This document shows, piece after piece, positions 1 through 10,409 of a stretch of 64,000 nucleotides of DNA. Within the stretch, counting starts at the first letter, position 1. Every line of letters begins with the position of its first letter. The stretch comes from an uncultured delta proteobacterium (lineage in GTDB: Bacteria; Desulfobacterota; Binatia; Binatales; Binataceae), in NCBI GenBank assembly GCA_963789835.1, contig CAWBMF010000004.1, positions 128,319-192,318 of the forward strand, read 5' to 3'. The notes under the pieces were generated by a model. It was given only the letters and a program-made list of their open reading frames with translations, was not told the origin of the DNA and made no database searches. Made by a program: the position numbers and the translations under genes.

Positions 1-1020
1 CATACGCCGTGCGGCACGCAAGTCCTGCGCAACTTCGCACTGAAAATCTGCGGCGAGCGCGGTGATTGGACGATGGCGAATTTCGTCGAGACCAAACTCG
101 CGGAGATTCGCAAGCAGGTCGGGCCGACCGACAAGGTCCTGATGGGACTGTCGGGCGGCGTCGATTCCTCCGTCGCGGCCGCGCTGATACATCGCGCGAT
201 CGGCTCGCGGCTGCATTGCGTGTTCGTCGATACGGGATTGTCGCGCGCGGGCGAGCGCGAGCGGATGGAGAATGCGTTCGCGGGCCAGCTCGGAATCGAT
301 CTGAAGGTGACCGACGCCTCGGAACTATTTCTGTCGCGACTGGCAGGCGTGCTCGACCCCGAGCAGAAGCGGCGAATCATCGGCCATACGTTCATCGACG
401 TGTTTGAATCCGAGGAAGTAGTGAAGGGCGCGAAATTTCTCGGACAGGGAACGCTCTATCCCGACGTGATCGAATCCGTGTCGTTCAAGGGTCCGTCGGC
501 GGTGATCAAGAGCCATCATAACGTCGGCGGATTGCCGGAGCGGATGCGCCTCGAGCTGGTCGAACCACTGCGCGAGTTGTTCAAAGACGAAGTGCGCGAA
601 GCGGGACGGAAGCTTGGGCTGGCGCCGGAAGTTGTCGATCGCGAGCCGTTTCCGGGACCGGGGCTGGCAGTGCGAATCGTCGGCGAGGTGACGCGCGAGC
701 GGCTCGATCTGCTGCGTCGCGCGGACGCGATCGTCATGGAAGAAACGGCGGCCGCCGGCTTCGGGCTAAAATTGTGGCAGGCGTTCGCGGTGCTGCTGCC
801 GCTCAAGACGGTCGGCGTGATGGGCGACGGGCGCAGCTACGAAAGCGTGATCGCGATTCGCGCGGTCGAGTCGATGGACGGGATGACTGCGGATTGGGCG
901 CGGCTGGATCCGGCGTTTCTCGCGCGCGTCTCGAGCCGAATCACCAACGAAGTGAAGGGCGTCAACCGCGTCGTTTACGACATCACGTCCAAGCCGCCGG
1001 CGACGATCGAGTGGGAGTGA
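1..1020 (+). CDS. guaA: GMP synthase (glutamine-hydrolysing), C-terminal ATP-pyrophosphatase and dimerisation domains; 5' end lies outside the window
   Basis: PP-loop SGGVDSSV. Codons 1-72 in the same frame encode the conserved end of the GATase domain (..[13 protein letters not shown]). C-terminus ..KPPATIEWE is typical of GuaA. Confidence 0.9.
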   Translation, partial: HTPCGTQVLRNFALKICGERGDWTMANFVETKLAEIRKQVGPTDKVLMGLSGGVDSSVAAALIHRAIGSRLHCVFVDTGLSRAGERERMENAFAGQLGIDLKVTDASELFLSRLAGVLDPEQKRRIIGHTFIDVFESEEVVKGAKFLGQGTLYPDVIESVSFKGPSAVIKSHHNVGGLPERMRLELVEPLRELFKDEVREAGRKLGLAPEVVDREPFPGPGLAVRIVGEVTRERLDLLRRADAIVMEETAAAGFGLKLWQAFAVLLPLKTVGVMGDGRSYESVIAIRAVESMDGMTADWARLDPAFLARVSSRITNEVKGVNRVVYDITSKPPATIEWE

Positions 1021-1022
1021 CG

Positions 1023-2468
1023 GTGACGGTTCGCACGCGTTTCGCGCCGAGCCCGACCGGCTCGCTGCACATCGGCAATGTTCGCTCGGGACTGTTCGCG
1101 TACCTGTATGCGCGACACCACCACGGGCAGTTCGTGTTGCGCATCGACGATACGGATCGCGAGCGCTCGACGAAGCAGTCACTCGAGGAAATCCTCGCGG
1201 ATCTGAAATGGCTCGGGATGGAGTGGGACGAAGGCCCGCCCGATCCGGAATATTTTCAGACCAATCGAGTCGAGCGGCATCGTGAAGCCGCGCTGAAACT
1301 GCTGCGCGAGCGCAAGGCGTATCCGTGCTACTGCTCGGCCGAAGAACTCGACGCCAAGCGCAAGCAGGCCGAGCGCGAGCATCGCCGGCCGGTTTACGAT
1401 CGCAAATGCCGCGGGCTCGACTTCCCCGCCGACCTGCCGTTGCCCGACAAATCCGCGGGCCGCAACTACACGATTCGTTTCGCGATGCCGCTCGACGGCG
1501 AGACGGTGGTCGATGACCTGGTCAAGGGCCGTATGGTGTTTCAGAATTCCGAGCTCGACGACTTCATCATCGTGCGTTCCGACGGCTCGCCGATTTACAA
1601 CTTCGCGAGCATCCTCGACGACGTCGACATGCACATCACGCATATTGTTCGCGGCGACGACCACGTCTCGAACACACCACGTCAGATGCAGATGGCGTAT
1701 GCGCTCGGGTTCACGCCGCCGGCCTTCGCACATTTGCCGCAGGTGCTCGGGCCCGACGGCTCGCCGCTGTCGAAGCGTCACGGCGCGACTTCGGTGATTG
1801 CGTATCGCGAGAACGGTTACTTCCCCGAGGCGATGCTGAACTATCTCGCGCGGCTTGGATGGTCGCATGGCGATCAGGAAATCTTCTCGAAGGATGAGCT
1901 GATCAACTTCTTCGGCTTTGAGGCGTGTGGGAAATCGGCCGGTGTATTCAACGCCGAGAAATTGCTCTGGCTCAATTTCCATTACCTGAAGGAGCGGCCG
2001 ATCCCGAAGCTGGCAGCCGAGGTTAAGCCGTTCATCGCGCAGCGCGGGTGGACGATTCCGGCCGACGACGCGTGGCTTGAAAGGGCGGTCGCGACGCTGC
2101 ATGAGCGCGCCAAGACGCTGGTAGAGCTGACGGACTTTTTGTCGTTTTACGTGAAGGATGATATCGAGATCGATTCGAAGGCGTCAGCGAAATTCCTCAA
2201 GCCGGAAATCGCGGAGCCGCTGCGCGCGTTGGCCGCTGAGCTTGAGGCACACGAGGGCGAAGTCTCCGAGGCGTCGGTGCAGGCGGTGTTCGAGTCTGTC
2301 CTGGCGAAATTCAGCCTCAAGCTCGGACAGCTTGCGCAGCCGGTCCGCGTCGCGCTCACCGGCGGCACCGTCAGTCCGGGGATTTACGAGGTGATCGCGG
2401 TGCTCGGCAAACGTCGCACCGTCGATCGCCTGAACGCTGCCGTTCGCCGAATCGAGCAGCCCGCCTGA
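1023..2468 (+). CDS. gltX: glutamate--tRNA ligase
   Basis: The N-terminus in the ORF 774..2468 frame reads RFAPSPTGSLHIGNVRSGLF (HIGH-region context of class I GluRS); the KMSKS-type LSKRHG motif follows. Likely a GTG start near 1017-1023 immediately after the guaA stop. Total ~482 aa. Confidence 0.9.
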   Translation: MTVRTRFAPSPTGSLHIGNVRSGLFAYLYARHHHGQFVLRIDDTDRERSTKQSLEEILADLKWLGMEWDEGPPDPEYFQTNRVERHREAALKLLRERKAYPCYCSAEELDAKRKQAEREHRRPVYDRKCRGLDFPADLPLPDKSAGRNYTIRFAMPLDGETVVDDLVKGRMVFQNSELDDFIIVRSDGSPIYNFASILDDVDMHITHIVRGDDHVSNTPRQMQMAYALGFTPPAFAHLPQVLGPDGSPLSKRHGATSVIAYRENGYFPEAMLNYLARLGWSHGDQEIFSKDELINFFGFEACGKSAGVFNAEKLLWLNFHYLKERPIPKLAAEVKPFIAQRGWTIPADDAWLERAVATLHERAKTLVELTDFLSFYVKDDIEIDSKASAKFLKPEIAEPLRALAAELEAHEGEVSEASVQAVFESVLAKFSLKLGQLAQPVRVALTGGTVSPGIYEVIAVLGKRRTVDRLNAAVRRIEQPA

Positions 2469-2470
2469 AA

Positions 2471-2983
2471 TCACTTCGCGTTGACCGGTGGCAGTACCAG
2501 GATTTGCCCGTTCATCTCGGGCTGATGGACGGCGCAGTAGAAGTTGAAGATGCCGTCTTTGTGAAACGTGAAAACGTACGACGTCTTGGTCAGCGGCTCC
2601 AGCTTCAGATGCATGAGGACGGTTGAGTCGGGCGCGGTCAGCATGAAGTCGTGCTCGTCGTCGGATTGCAGATTCCAGAACGTGAGCATCGTCGGCACTT
2701 CGCGGCGAATCGCGATGAAGGTCGGCGAGAATGCGTAGACCTCGCCGAATTTCGCGACGGTCTCTTTCGGCCCGGTCTCTTTGACGGCGACTCGCTCCGT
2801 CAGGACGATCACTTCCGCCTCCGCAGTGCCGCCTTTTGCGACGGAGACGATCTTCGACGCTGCCGCATTCGGCAGGTAGAAGTGCTGGTCCATCGGCGGC
2901 ATCGCGGAAGCGCTCGCGACGCCAATCAAACTGGCCAGCGCCGCGGCAACGATTCCGCGACCGATCCCTTCCCAGTTACGCAT
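2471..2983 (-). CDS. secreted cupredoxin-like (type-1 copper-binding domain) protein
   Basis: Signal peptide MRNWEGIGRGIVAAALASLIGVASASA. C-terminal ..FYCAVHQPEMNG has the C-x2-H-x3-M spacing typical of blue-copper ligands. The alternative upstream start at 3022 would overlap the clpP start. Confidence 0.55.
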   Translation of the reverse strand: MRNWEGIGRGIVAAALASLIGVASASAMPPMDQHFYLPNAAASKIVSVAKGGTAEAEVIVLTERVAVKETGPKETVAKFGEVYAFSPTFIAIRREVPTMLTFWNLQSDDEHDFMLTAPDSTVLMHLKLEPLTKTSYVFTFHKDGIFNFYCAVHQPEMNGQILVLPPVNAK

Positions 2984-3003
2984 CCAAATAGTACCTTGGT
3001 TGC

Positions 3004-3606
3004 ATGAGCGTACTAGTACCATACGTAGTCGAGCAGACCGGCCGCGGCGAGCGTTCCTACGACATCTATTCGCGCCTCCTCAAGGACCGAATCGTGTTCC
3101 TGGGCGGGACCGTGACCGACGACCTTGCCAACCTGGTCACCGCGCAACTCCTGTTCCTCGAGTCCGAGGATCCGGAGCGCGAGATCAATATGTACATCAA
3201 CTCGCCGGGTGGATCGGTCACCGCCGGCCTCGCCATCTACGATACGATGCAATTCGTCAAGCCTCCCGTCTCGACCCTGTGCGTGGGGCAGGCCGCCAGC
3301 ATGGGATCGCTCCTGTTGGCTGCAGGAGCCAAAGGGCGGCGCTATGCGCTGCCGCACTCGCGGATACTGATTCACCAGGTCTCCGGCGGATTCGAGGGAC
3401 AGGCGAGCGATATCGAGATTCACGCGCGCGAGGCGTTGCGTCTGCGCGAAATCCTGAACGATATCCTGGCGCATCATACCGGCCAGAATTCCAAGAAAAT
3501 CGAGAAGGACACCGACCGCGACAACTTCATGTCCGCGGCGCAGGCGGTCGAGTACGGACTGATCGACGAAGTGATTGCCGGCAGGCCCGTCAAGGCTTCG
3601 CTGTAG
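3004..3606 (+). CDS. clpP: ATP-dependent Clp protease proteolytic subunit
   Basis: Full-length ClpP (200 aa) with active-site context [14 protein letters not shown] and HQVSGG. No clpX follows. Confidence 0.95.
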   Translation: MSVLVPYVVEQTGRGERSYDIYSRLLKDRIVFLGGTVTDDLANLVTAQLLFLESEDPEREINMYINSPGGSVTAGLAIYDTMQFVKPPVSTLCVGQAASMGSLLLAAGAKGRRYALPHSRILIHQVSGGFEGQASDIEIHAREALRLREILNDILAHHTGQNSKKIEKDTDRDNFMSAAQAVEYGLIDEVIAGRPVKASL

Positions 3607-4411
3607 CCGAGGCCGTCGCCCGCGCTCCACTACTGGTTCCTGCTGCCGGTCGGCGTCGCAATCAGCGCGCTCGTGATGTCGGCCGGCGTATCCGGCGCGA
3701 CGCTGTGGTTTCCCGTCTACCTGCTGTGGCTCAAGCTCGACGCGCCGGTCGCGTTCTGGCTCGGGTCTGTTCACGATGCTGTTCGGCTTCGGCAGCGGCG
3801 TGATGCGCAATTTTCGCGACGGCACCTTTGACGGCGCACTTGTCCGCCGCTACCTGATCGTTGCGATGCCCGCGGCGTTGGTCGGTGGCTGGGCTTCGGC
3901 CTCGGTCAACCAAGCGTTGATCGTCGCGCTCTTCGGAGCGTTTGTGATCGTCTATGCGATCATCATTGGCGGACGAGCGCTCGGCATGCGCCTCGAAGAA
4001 CAGAGCGATCGCCACGACCGCGTCCCATTTTCGATTGCGCTGGTGGGCGGCGCGCTCACCGGGCTCATCTCGATTGGAATCGGAATCCTCGCGATGCCGT
4101 CGGTGCTGCGTCATCGATCGATTCGATCGCCGAGCGCCGCGATCGGATCGCTGGTCATGATCATTTTCTTCACCAGCCTCGCCGCGACCGTCGGCCGAAT
4201 GCGGCCATCGCTCATATCCGAGTTGCGGCGCGATTCGTCGCAAATAGTCGCGATAGCAATCTGGGCGGTGCCCGGCGTTATCGCAGGCGGACAGATCGGC
4301 CCACGCCTCACGCGGATGCTGACGTCGGAGCGTCACGCCCGCATGTACTTCAGCGCTGTTCTGCTAGTCGTCGGATTGCTCACGTTGGCTCGTGCAGGGG
4401 CAGTGCGCTAG
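3607..4411 (+). pseudogene. TauE/SafE (DUF81) family membrane permease, apparently frameshifted with no identifiable start
   Basis: Frame 1 from 3607 encodes ..HYWFLLPVGVAISALVMSAGVSGATLWFPVYLLWLKLDAPVAFWLGS, which resembles the TauE N-terminus. The continuation MLFGFGSGVMRNF.. is in the +1 frame (ORF 3776..4411). The junction is at ~3755-3765. This is either a genuine frameshift or a sequencing indel. Confidence 0.45.
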
Positions 4412-6132
4412 AGCAGGGGGCCGTCGTTACCGCCGAGCATCGCGCGCCTGATCAGCTTGATCGGGATTGCGCCCTGCTGGAGAAACGCGTCGTGGAATTT
4501 GCCGAGGTCGAATGCAGCGCCCTGCTGTTTGCGGACGTCTTCGCGCAATTTCAGAATCATCAGCTTGCCCAGTTGGTAGCGCAGGTAGCCGGGATCGTCG
4601 GTGCCGCGCAGCGCCTCGACCATCGCGTTGTGCGGCGTCTGGTAGGCGTTATCCACGAAAAATTTCGCCGCCTGGTCGACGGTCATCCCCTGCGTATGCA
4701 TCCTGATTCCGACCAGGTAGCGGCACGCGCGCATCAGCGCATCCTGCAACTGCGCCAGCCGGTACTTCGGGTCGCCGTCATGCAGGCCCTCGTCGATCAT
4801 CATCTGCTCGCAGTAAAACGCCCAACCCTCGACATCCGCACCCGAGCTGTAAATCAGGCGCACGATATCCGGATTGTGCCGGTTGTTGAGGAACTGCACG
4901 TAATGGCCGGGGAAGACTTCGTGCACCGAGGTGTTTGAAATGCTCGGCGCCGAATAGAACTCGAGCAGTTGCTCCTTCTTGGCGTCGGGCCACGAGGGAT
5001 CGGGCAGCGTGACGTAGTAAAATGCCTCGGGCGATTTCTCGAACGGCCCCGGCGAATCCATCGAGGCGAAGGTCGTCGCGCGCGCATACGGCGGCGTCTC
5101 GCGCACCATCGGCAACACGTCCGACGGAACCGTCGCGATATGGTGCGCGATAACGTAAGCGCGAATGCTCGCGAGTCCGGCGGCGACGGTGGGCAGGACC
5201 TGGTTGCTGTCGGGATGCACGCGAGTGACAGCCTCGATCACCTCGGCGGGCGAATGCTTCGGATCGATCAGCGCGGCGGTCTTCTGGAATTCGTCGCGTA
5301 GCCGTGCCATCTCCTTGACCCCGATCTGTTCGAGCTGAGCGAGCGGGGTGTCGACCATGTCGGCGTCGTTGAGCATCCGCCGATACGCGTCGGCGCCGAT
5401 CGCATAGTCGCCCGACGCCTTCGGCATCAGATCGTTCTTGAGCCATTGCGAATAATCATCAATCGCCGCGACGAGATTTGTATTGGCCTTGGCGAACGCC
5501 TGTTTGTCAGGACCGTCGACGACCTTCGCGAAGGCGAGCGGGACGTCGTTCTTGAAAAATCCGATCGTCGCCGGCATTTGCTGCAGCGTGATATCGACAT
5601 AGACCTTCGGCGTCAGCTGAGGCTGCAAATTGTGCCGCGCCGCCTCGAGATTGCGGAGCGCGGCGATCTCGCGGGCCGTCACCGAACGCATCCGCTTTTC
5701 GGCGGGCGCAAACTCGCGCTTGATCAGGCTGTTCACCGCCGCCGTCGGCAAGTACATTCCCGGGTCGCGCTGATAGCTGCGGACCTGTTCAGTCCAGAGC
5801 AGTTCGCCGTCCACATGCGCCAGCAGCCATTCGCGATCCGCCTCGTTGGCCGGCGAAAGAGACTTCGGGTCGTGGGCGCCGAACAGTGTGAGCCACTTCT
5901 TCGCGTGGTGAATCACCTGGTCGATGCCGCCGGCGCTGAGATCGTCCACTCGGCCGTCGAAGCGATGATCGCCGAGGTGCGTGGCGCGCTCGGGGTAGAG
6001 CCGCAGCTCGGTTTCGACGAACACCGAGACTTGCGCCTTGAACGCGCGATCGTTCAGCGACTCGGTTTGCGCAAGTGCGGGCGCGGCGACAGTGACGATG
6101 AAGGCAATCCCGACGAGCCAGCGGATCTTCAT
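4408..6132 (-). CDS. DUF885 family secreted protein (putative metallopeptidase-like)
   Basis: Signal peptide MKIRWLVGIAFIVTVAAPALA at the internal Met. HEVFPGHY motif and overall DUF885 architecture. The upstream 50 codons of the ORF are an Arg-rich extension, probably not translated. Confidence 0.75.
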   Translation of the reverse strand: MKIRWLVGIAFIVTVAAPALAQTESLNDRAFKAQVSVFVETELRLYPERATHLGDHRFDGRVDDLSAGGIDQVIHHAKKWLTLFGAHDPKSLSPANEADREWLLAHVDGELLWTEQVRSYQRDPGMYLPTAAVNSLIKREFAPAEKRMRSVTAREIAALRNLEAARHNLQPQLTPKVYVDITLQQMPATIGFFKNDVPLAFAKVVDGPDKQAFAKANTNLVAAIDDYSQWLKNDLMPKASGDYAIGADAYRRMLNDADMVDTPLAQLEQIGVKEMARLRDEFQKTAALIDPKHSPAEVIEAVTRVHPDSNQVLPTVAAGLASIRAYVIAHHIATVPSDVLPMVRETPPYARATTFASMDSPGPFEKSPEAFYYVTLPDPSWPDAKKEQLLEFYSAPSISNTSVHEVFPGHYVQFLNNRHNPDIVRLIYSSGADVEGWAFYCEQMMIDEGLHDGDPKYRLAQLQDALMRACRYLVGIRMHTQGMTVDQAAKFFVDNAYQTPHNAMVEALRGTDDPGYLRYQLGKLMILKLREDVRKQQGAAFDLGKFHDAFLQQGAIPIKLIRRAMLGGNDGPLL

Positions 6133-6140
6133 CGAGGCGG

Positions 6141-6893
6141 CTACTTCAGCGTGCTCGCGAACAACCCGGTGAGCTTGTCGAACGCGCGATCGGCCTGCGG
6201 CTGGTTGTAAACCGGCGCGTCCGGCACCGTCCAGCCGTGAAACGCACCTTCGTACACTTCGCTCTCGTACTTGCCGCCCCACGCGGCGAGCGCGCTATCG
6301 AACTTTGCGATCGCCTCCGTCGACATGCTGCGGTCGTTGGTTGCGTGTCCGAAGTAGAGGCGCGCCTTGATTCGCGGCAGCAGCAGATGCGGGCTGGTCG
6401 GCTCGTCGCTGTAAAGACCGCCGCCGTGGAATGAGGCGACCGCGGCAACTTTGCCCGGCATCGCAGCGGCCGTGCGCATCGCCATCGCGCCCGTGAAGCA
6501 GTAGCCGACGACGCCGATCGGCGCTGCGCTGACGGAACTATGCGCCGCGAGAAAATTGACGTAGGCGGTCCCGTCGCGCTCGACGGCGTCTGGCGTCATC
6601 GGCGCACGCAGCTCGGCGAATCGCTGCATCGTGCGCGGGTCTCCCATCCCTATCTTGATGTCGATAATCGGAGGCTTGGCCGTGCGATAGAAGACGTTGG
6701 GCATGAGCACCGTGTAGCCTTTGTCGGCGAGCCGCTTCGCCATCTCGCGGTGGGAAGGACGGATGCCGCCGATGTCAGTCAAATGGATGGCGCCGGGGAG
6801 TTTGCCCGCCCCCTCCGCGCGATAAAGAAAACCGTCAGCGATGCCGTCGCTCGTGCGAATCTCGATTGCTTCTTCGATCATTGCTGCCTCCAT
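6141..6893 (-). CDS. dienelactone hydrolase family protein
   Basis: Alpha/beta hydrolase with a GYCFTG nucleophile-elbow-like motif and C-terminal His; DLH-like length and layout. Confidence 0.75.
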   Translation of the reverse strand: MEAAMIEEAIEIRTSDGIADGFLYRAEGAGKLPGAIHLTDIGGIRPSHREMAKRLADKGYTVLMPNVFYRTAKPPIIDIKIGMGDPRTMQRFAELRAPMTPDAVERDGTAYVNFLAAHSSVSAAPIGVVGYCFTGAMAMRTAAAMPGKVAAVASFHGGGLYSDEPTSPHLLLPRIKARLYFGHATNDRSMSTEAIAKFDSALAAWGGKYESEVYEGAFHGWTVPDAPVYNQPQADRAFDKLTGLFASTLK

Positions 6894-6981
6894 CGAATCA
6901 GAAATTTACTGCGGAGAATTCGATTCATATATCACAGAAAAACGGCTTTCATCGAAAGCATCGGGCTGCGACTATTGGCGG

Positions 6982-7767
6982 ATGGCGGACCGGGTTCATC
7001 AATTCTATGCGGTGGCATTCGAGGAAAATTTTTCGCTCCGGCAGATAGCGCCGGCTTTTCCCGAGGCGAAGTCGTCGCCGCTCGAGATGTTCGTGCCAGT
7101 CGGATCCGACGGTGGCCTCTACTTCTTTCCCTTCGGTGCGATCGTCACGCACGACGTTCCAGCCGAGCATCGCGAGCGTATCTTCGCGCGCCTCACGCAG
7201 GTACTGCCCAAGCTCACGACGCGGATCATCCGCGAGGACTACTCAGTGCTGGAGGATCCCGGCGCGCCGATCGGGATTTCCAACGGGATGCTGCTGGTCG
7301 ACAAGCTGACGCCGCAGCGCGCGGGAATCGTTGCGCTGACGGTCGGCCAGAGCGCCGCGATGGAATATTACGAGCGCATCGTGGATGGCCTGTTCGCGCG
7401 AACCGCGCAGCTGGTCGATCGGATGGCGACGCGCGGCACCGTGCCGTATCGCATCACGCCGCTGCATCGCTTCATTGGCGAGGCGATTTCGTCGCGCACC
7501 GAAGTGCTCGCCGTGCTCCATCTGCTCGACAAGCCCGACGCCGCGTGGGAAGACCCCGCGATGGATCTCATCTATGACGACCTGCGCGACGAATTCGACC
7601 TGGTCGATCGCTATGCCGCGCTGACCAGCAAGCTGCAAAGCATCCAGGATTCTCTGGTGCTGGTGCTGGACGTGGCGCGCGACCGCCGGCTGGTGCTGCT
7701 CGAAGTGATCGTGGTGTTGTTAATCCTGCTCGAAGTGATTCTGAGTATCGGACATTTCACCTTGTAA
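6982..7767 (+). CDS. RMD1/DUF155 family protein with C-terminal transmembrane helix
   Basis: Start moved to the internal ATG (MADRVHQFYAVAF..) to avoid overlap with the convergent hydrolase. DUF155-like core; C-terminal LLEVIVVLLILLEVILSIG transmembrane helix. Confidence 0.5.
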   Translation: MADRVHQFYAVAFEENFSLRQIAPAFPEAKSSPLEMFVPVGSDGGLYFFPFGAIVTHDVPAEHRERIFARLTQVLPKLTTRIIREDYSVLEDPGAPIGISNGMLLVDKLTPQRAGIVALTVGQSAAMEYYERIVDGLFARTAQLVDRMATRGTVPYRITPLHRFIGEAISSRTEVLAVLHLLDKPDAAWEDPAMDLIYDDLRDEFDLVDRYAALTSKLQSIQDSLVLVLDVARDRRLVLLEVIVVLLILLEVILSIGHFTL

Positions 7768-7846
7768 AATTTCCGGAACCGTGAGAATTCATATTACCGC
7801 AACACTGCTCTGTTAGTTTCGTCATCGCGGGAACTTTACCCTCCAG

Positions 7847-7884
7847 CTGGCGTGTTCCTTGATGGCACGCCAGGTTTTTATTTA
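7847..7884 (+). terminator. rho-independent terminator after the DUF155 gene
   Basis: Perfect 8-bp stem CTGGCGTG/CACGCCAG with an 11-nt loop, followed by GTTTTTATTT. Confidence 0.6.
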
Positions 7885-7889
7885 GGGGC

Positions 7890-8378
7890 ATGTTGATGTC
7901 GGAAGAAACTCTACAAAGCAAGAATTTCGATACGACCGCAGGACGCGGCGCCGCCGCGTACGAGAAAGGAATCGACGCCGGACTGCTGCTGCCGGGACAA
8001 TACGTCGACCTGGTCCGCCGAAATCACGTGATCGAAGGCGAACTGAAGCTGCTGCTCGCGGTGCTGGAAGACGCGATTCGATGCTACCTGCGCAACGTCG
8101 ATGCAAAGGACGGCGAGCGCCGGCGCGATTTCGTCGAAGTCAGGCACTGGTTCGAATGCAGCGGCCGCGGCGCCAGGCGCGGGGATATTTTCACCTTCGA
8201 CAATCTCTGCGCCGCGCTGGGCATCGAGCCGCGGGTTCTGCTCGACCGGCTGCGGATTTTGACGATCGGCGATTTGCCATCGCGGCGTTACCAGATGCGC
8301 CGTCATCGGCCGCTGTCGAGCCTGCGCCATGCCAACGGCGTGCGCGAGCGCCGGCCGACGCGATCGCACGGCTCGTGA
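7890..8378 (+). CDS. hypothetical protein (orphan, 162 aa)
   Basis: GC3-biased codon usage on the + strand. AGGGG ribosome-binding site before ATG 7890/7896. No recognisable family from sequence. Confidence 0.45.
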   Translation: MLMSEETLQSKNFDTTAGRGAAAYEKGIDAGLLLPGQYVDLVRRNHVIEGELKLLLAVLEDAIRCYLRNVDAKDGERRRDFVEVRHWFECSGRGARRGDIFTFDNLCAALGIEPRVLLDRLRILTIGDLPSRRYQMRRHRPLSSLRHANGVRERRPTRSHGS

Positions 8379-8399
8379 CGCGGTAACGACTTCGGAATT

Positions 8400-8903
8400 C
8401 TAAACGAACAGCCATCGCGTCGCGCTGCCCTGGAATTCTCCGGGCGTGGCGTCGACGGCGATCACTTTGCGCGGGCGCACGGCGAAGATCGGGCCCATGT
8501 CGAGCACCGTCTCCGGCTTCAAGTCCCACTGGTACTTTGGATTGTAGGCCTCGACGAAGCGGCGGATCGTCGCGGCGTCGGTAATCTTCGCGGCGACGCC
8601 TTCGAGCGAGACCGCCTGGATGCCGTCTTCAGGGCATACGACGCAACTCGGATTCGCCGCGAGATTGCGCGCCTTGCGCGATTGCGTGCCGCTGCTGAAG
8701 TAGAAGGCGTTGTCGTCGTCGAGCCAGACGCCCCAGACGGGCACGCAATGGGGCCGGCCGTCGGGACAGGTCGTCGCGATCCAGTAGTTGCGCGCGCGCG
8801 TCAGCCGCTCGACCGCCCAATCCCACGGCAACAATCCGCGCCCGCCGTTCGCGTCGAGGATTCCATAGCCCGGCATGTAGGGCCTGCTCGATTTGATTTC
8901 CAT
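8400..8903 (-). CDS. pyridoxamine 5'-phosphate oxidase family protein (PPOX-class FMN/F420-binding split barrel)
   Basis: 167-aa protein with PNPOx-like fold motifs (..WIATTCPDGRPHCVPVWGVWLDD..). Confidence 0.7.
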   Translation of the reverse strand: MEIKSSRPYMPGYGILDANGGRGLLPWDWAVERLTRARNYWIATTCPDGRPHCVPVWGVWLDDDNAFYFSSGTQSRKARNLAANPSCVVCPEDGIQAVSLEGVAAKITDAATIRRFVEAYNPKYQWDLKPETVLDMGPIFAVRPRKVIAVDATPGEFQGSATRWLFV

Positions 8904-8927
8904 GCCGGCTACGATCTCATCGCGAGA

Positions 8928-10409
8928 TCATTTCGCGCAACTGATTCTCTCACTTTTTCTGCACCTCAACTTGCCGACACCCTCGAGCTTGACGCTCTTG
9001 TCCGCGCCCGACTTGAGGTTGGTCTCAATGATCAGCGTGCCGCGATATTTCTGCGCTGCCCCCGGCGTGAAACTCACTGAGATCTCGCAACTGTCTGCAG
9101 GGATGCCCTTGCCTCCCGGGCCGAGGTCGTCGCCGTCGCAGGTTTCCTGAGTGATGTTGAATGGGTTGGTAGCGCCGGTTTCCCCTTCGATGAGGATCGG
9201 TAGCGGAACTCTTTTCCTTTTAATCCTGCCGGCGTTGGTGAGTTTGACCGACTTGATGTTGCCGGCGATTACAACTCCGACTTCGACAGTACCGAAGTTG
9301 AGCGTCTTGGGCTGGACGTCGAGCTCGCCGGGCACCGGCGTCAGCGTTGCGGTCGGCGTCGGCGTCGCAGTCGGGCTCGGGGGCACGAAGACTTCGACGA
9401 CGTTGGTTGCTGTGTCGCCCGTCGTGTCGACGGCCCCTCCAAGCGTCCAAATGCTCGTAACGCCCTGGTCCGGGGAGGCCAAATTGCTCGGAGCGACTAC
9501 AGCGGCCAGACCCCATCGCGCGGTTGGCATGGAAGGTTCCGTCGCCCAGCTATCGGCCGTCGGATCGTAGGCTTCGACCGTGGCCAATGGAGAACCGTCC
9601 GCACCACGGCCGCCGATCGCGTAGAGCAATCCGTTGAATGCCAGCACGGCGAGGTCAGCCCGCGGCGTGGGCATCGACGCCTTCGTTGTCCAACTGTCGC
9701 TGGTCGGGTCGTACGCCTCAAGAGTCGGCAGGGCAGCACTGGAGCCATCACTCCCGCCCGCGGCATAGATGGTGCCGTTGATCGTGTCGGCGCCAAAATC
9801 CGAACGGGGCGTAATCATCGGAGCGCCGCTGCTCCAGGAATTGGTTGAACGGTTATAGATCTCGAGCACGCCGGTCACGCTGCTGCCGGTGTTTCCGCCC
9901 ATGACGTAAAACAAGCCGTTGTCGAAATCGAATGCCCCTGCAGGTTCTTGTCTAGCAGTCGGCATCGAGGTCAGCGTCAACCAGACAAAAGGTATTTCCA
10001 TTATCGAGAGCGTCGCCACCGGGCCTGAGCCATCGTTGCCTCCCGCAACGTAGAGCACGGGTAAATTTCCATCAGTCGGATCGAAGCCCGAAGCATAAGC
10101 GGGGCTGGTTTGAAGACTCGGTAGCGGAGGTTTCGCCTCCCAGCCGCCTTCTTGTTCGGGGGAGATGGCACATTCAAGACAGGAATAAGCGCTTTCGGTG
10201 TTTCCAAAGCCGGGACTGAAGCCGCCTGCGTCTACCACCTCGCCGTCTGAAAGGGTCGCGGCCGACCAGTATCGCGCATCCGGCGTTGTTGGAAATTCCT
10301 CCCAAGTGCCGGAGACAGAGGGTGCGGAATTACTGTGCGATGGAATCGGAGCGTAAAGAACCGCGATCGCGATCGCTACTGCAACGAGCGCGATTATTCG
10401 CTTCACCAT
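8928..10409 (-). CDS. secreted Kelch-repeat beta-propeller protein with C-terminal choice-of-anchor-D-like domain
   Basis: Signal peptide. Repeated x-Y-x-x-G-G Kelch motifs (YVAGG, FYVMGG, IYAAGG, LYAIGG). P/T linker. C-terminal LNFGTVEVG..VKLTNAG..C..C..VKLEGVG module. Confidence 0.8.
   Translation of the reverse strand: MVKRIIALVAVAIAIAVLYAPIPSHSNSAPSVSGTWEEFPTTPDARYWSAATLSDGEVVDAGGFSPGFGNTESAYSCLECAISPEQEGGWEAKPPLPSLQTSPAYASGFDPTDGNLPVLYVAGGNDGSGPVATLSIMEIPFVWLTLTSMPTARQEPAGAFDFDNGLFYVMGGNTGSSVTGVLEIYNRSTNSWSSGAPMITPRSDFGADTINGTIYAAGGSDGSSAALPTLEAYDPTSDSWTTKASMPTPRADLAVLAFNGLLYAIGGRGADGSPLATVEAYDPTADSWATEPSMPTARWGLAAVVAPSNLASPDQGVTSIWTLGGAVDTTGDTATNVVEVFVPPSPTATPTPTATLTPVPGELDVQPKTLNFGTVEVGVVIAGNIKSVKLTNAGRIKRKRVPLPILIEGETGATNPFNITQETCDGDDLGPGGKGIPADSCEISVSFTPGAAQKYRGTLIIETNLKSGADKSVKLEGVGKLRCRKSERISCAK

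Noticed and set aside
774-2468. ORF-track N-terminal extension of gltX (starting 774), and the fused 526-aa ORF 19319..20899
   Set aside because: Extension 774 runs through guaA in another frame; the real gltX start is a GTG just after the guaA stop. ORF 19319..20899 is rsmE with a spurious Arg-rich extension across prmA.
7855-7885. TGGCACGCCAGGTTTT looked like a sigma-54 (-24 GG / -12 GC) promoter upstream of the 7890 ORF
   Set aside because: The -12 element is GTTT rather than TTGC. The sequence is better explained as the 3' arm of a perfect stem-loop (CTGGCGTG/CACGCCAG) plus T-run, i.e. the terminator of the upstream gene.
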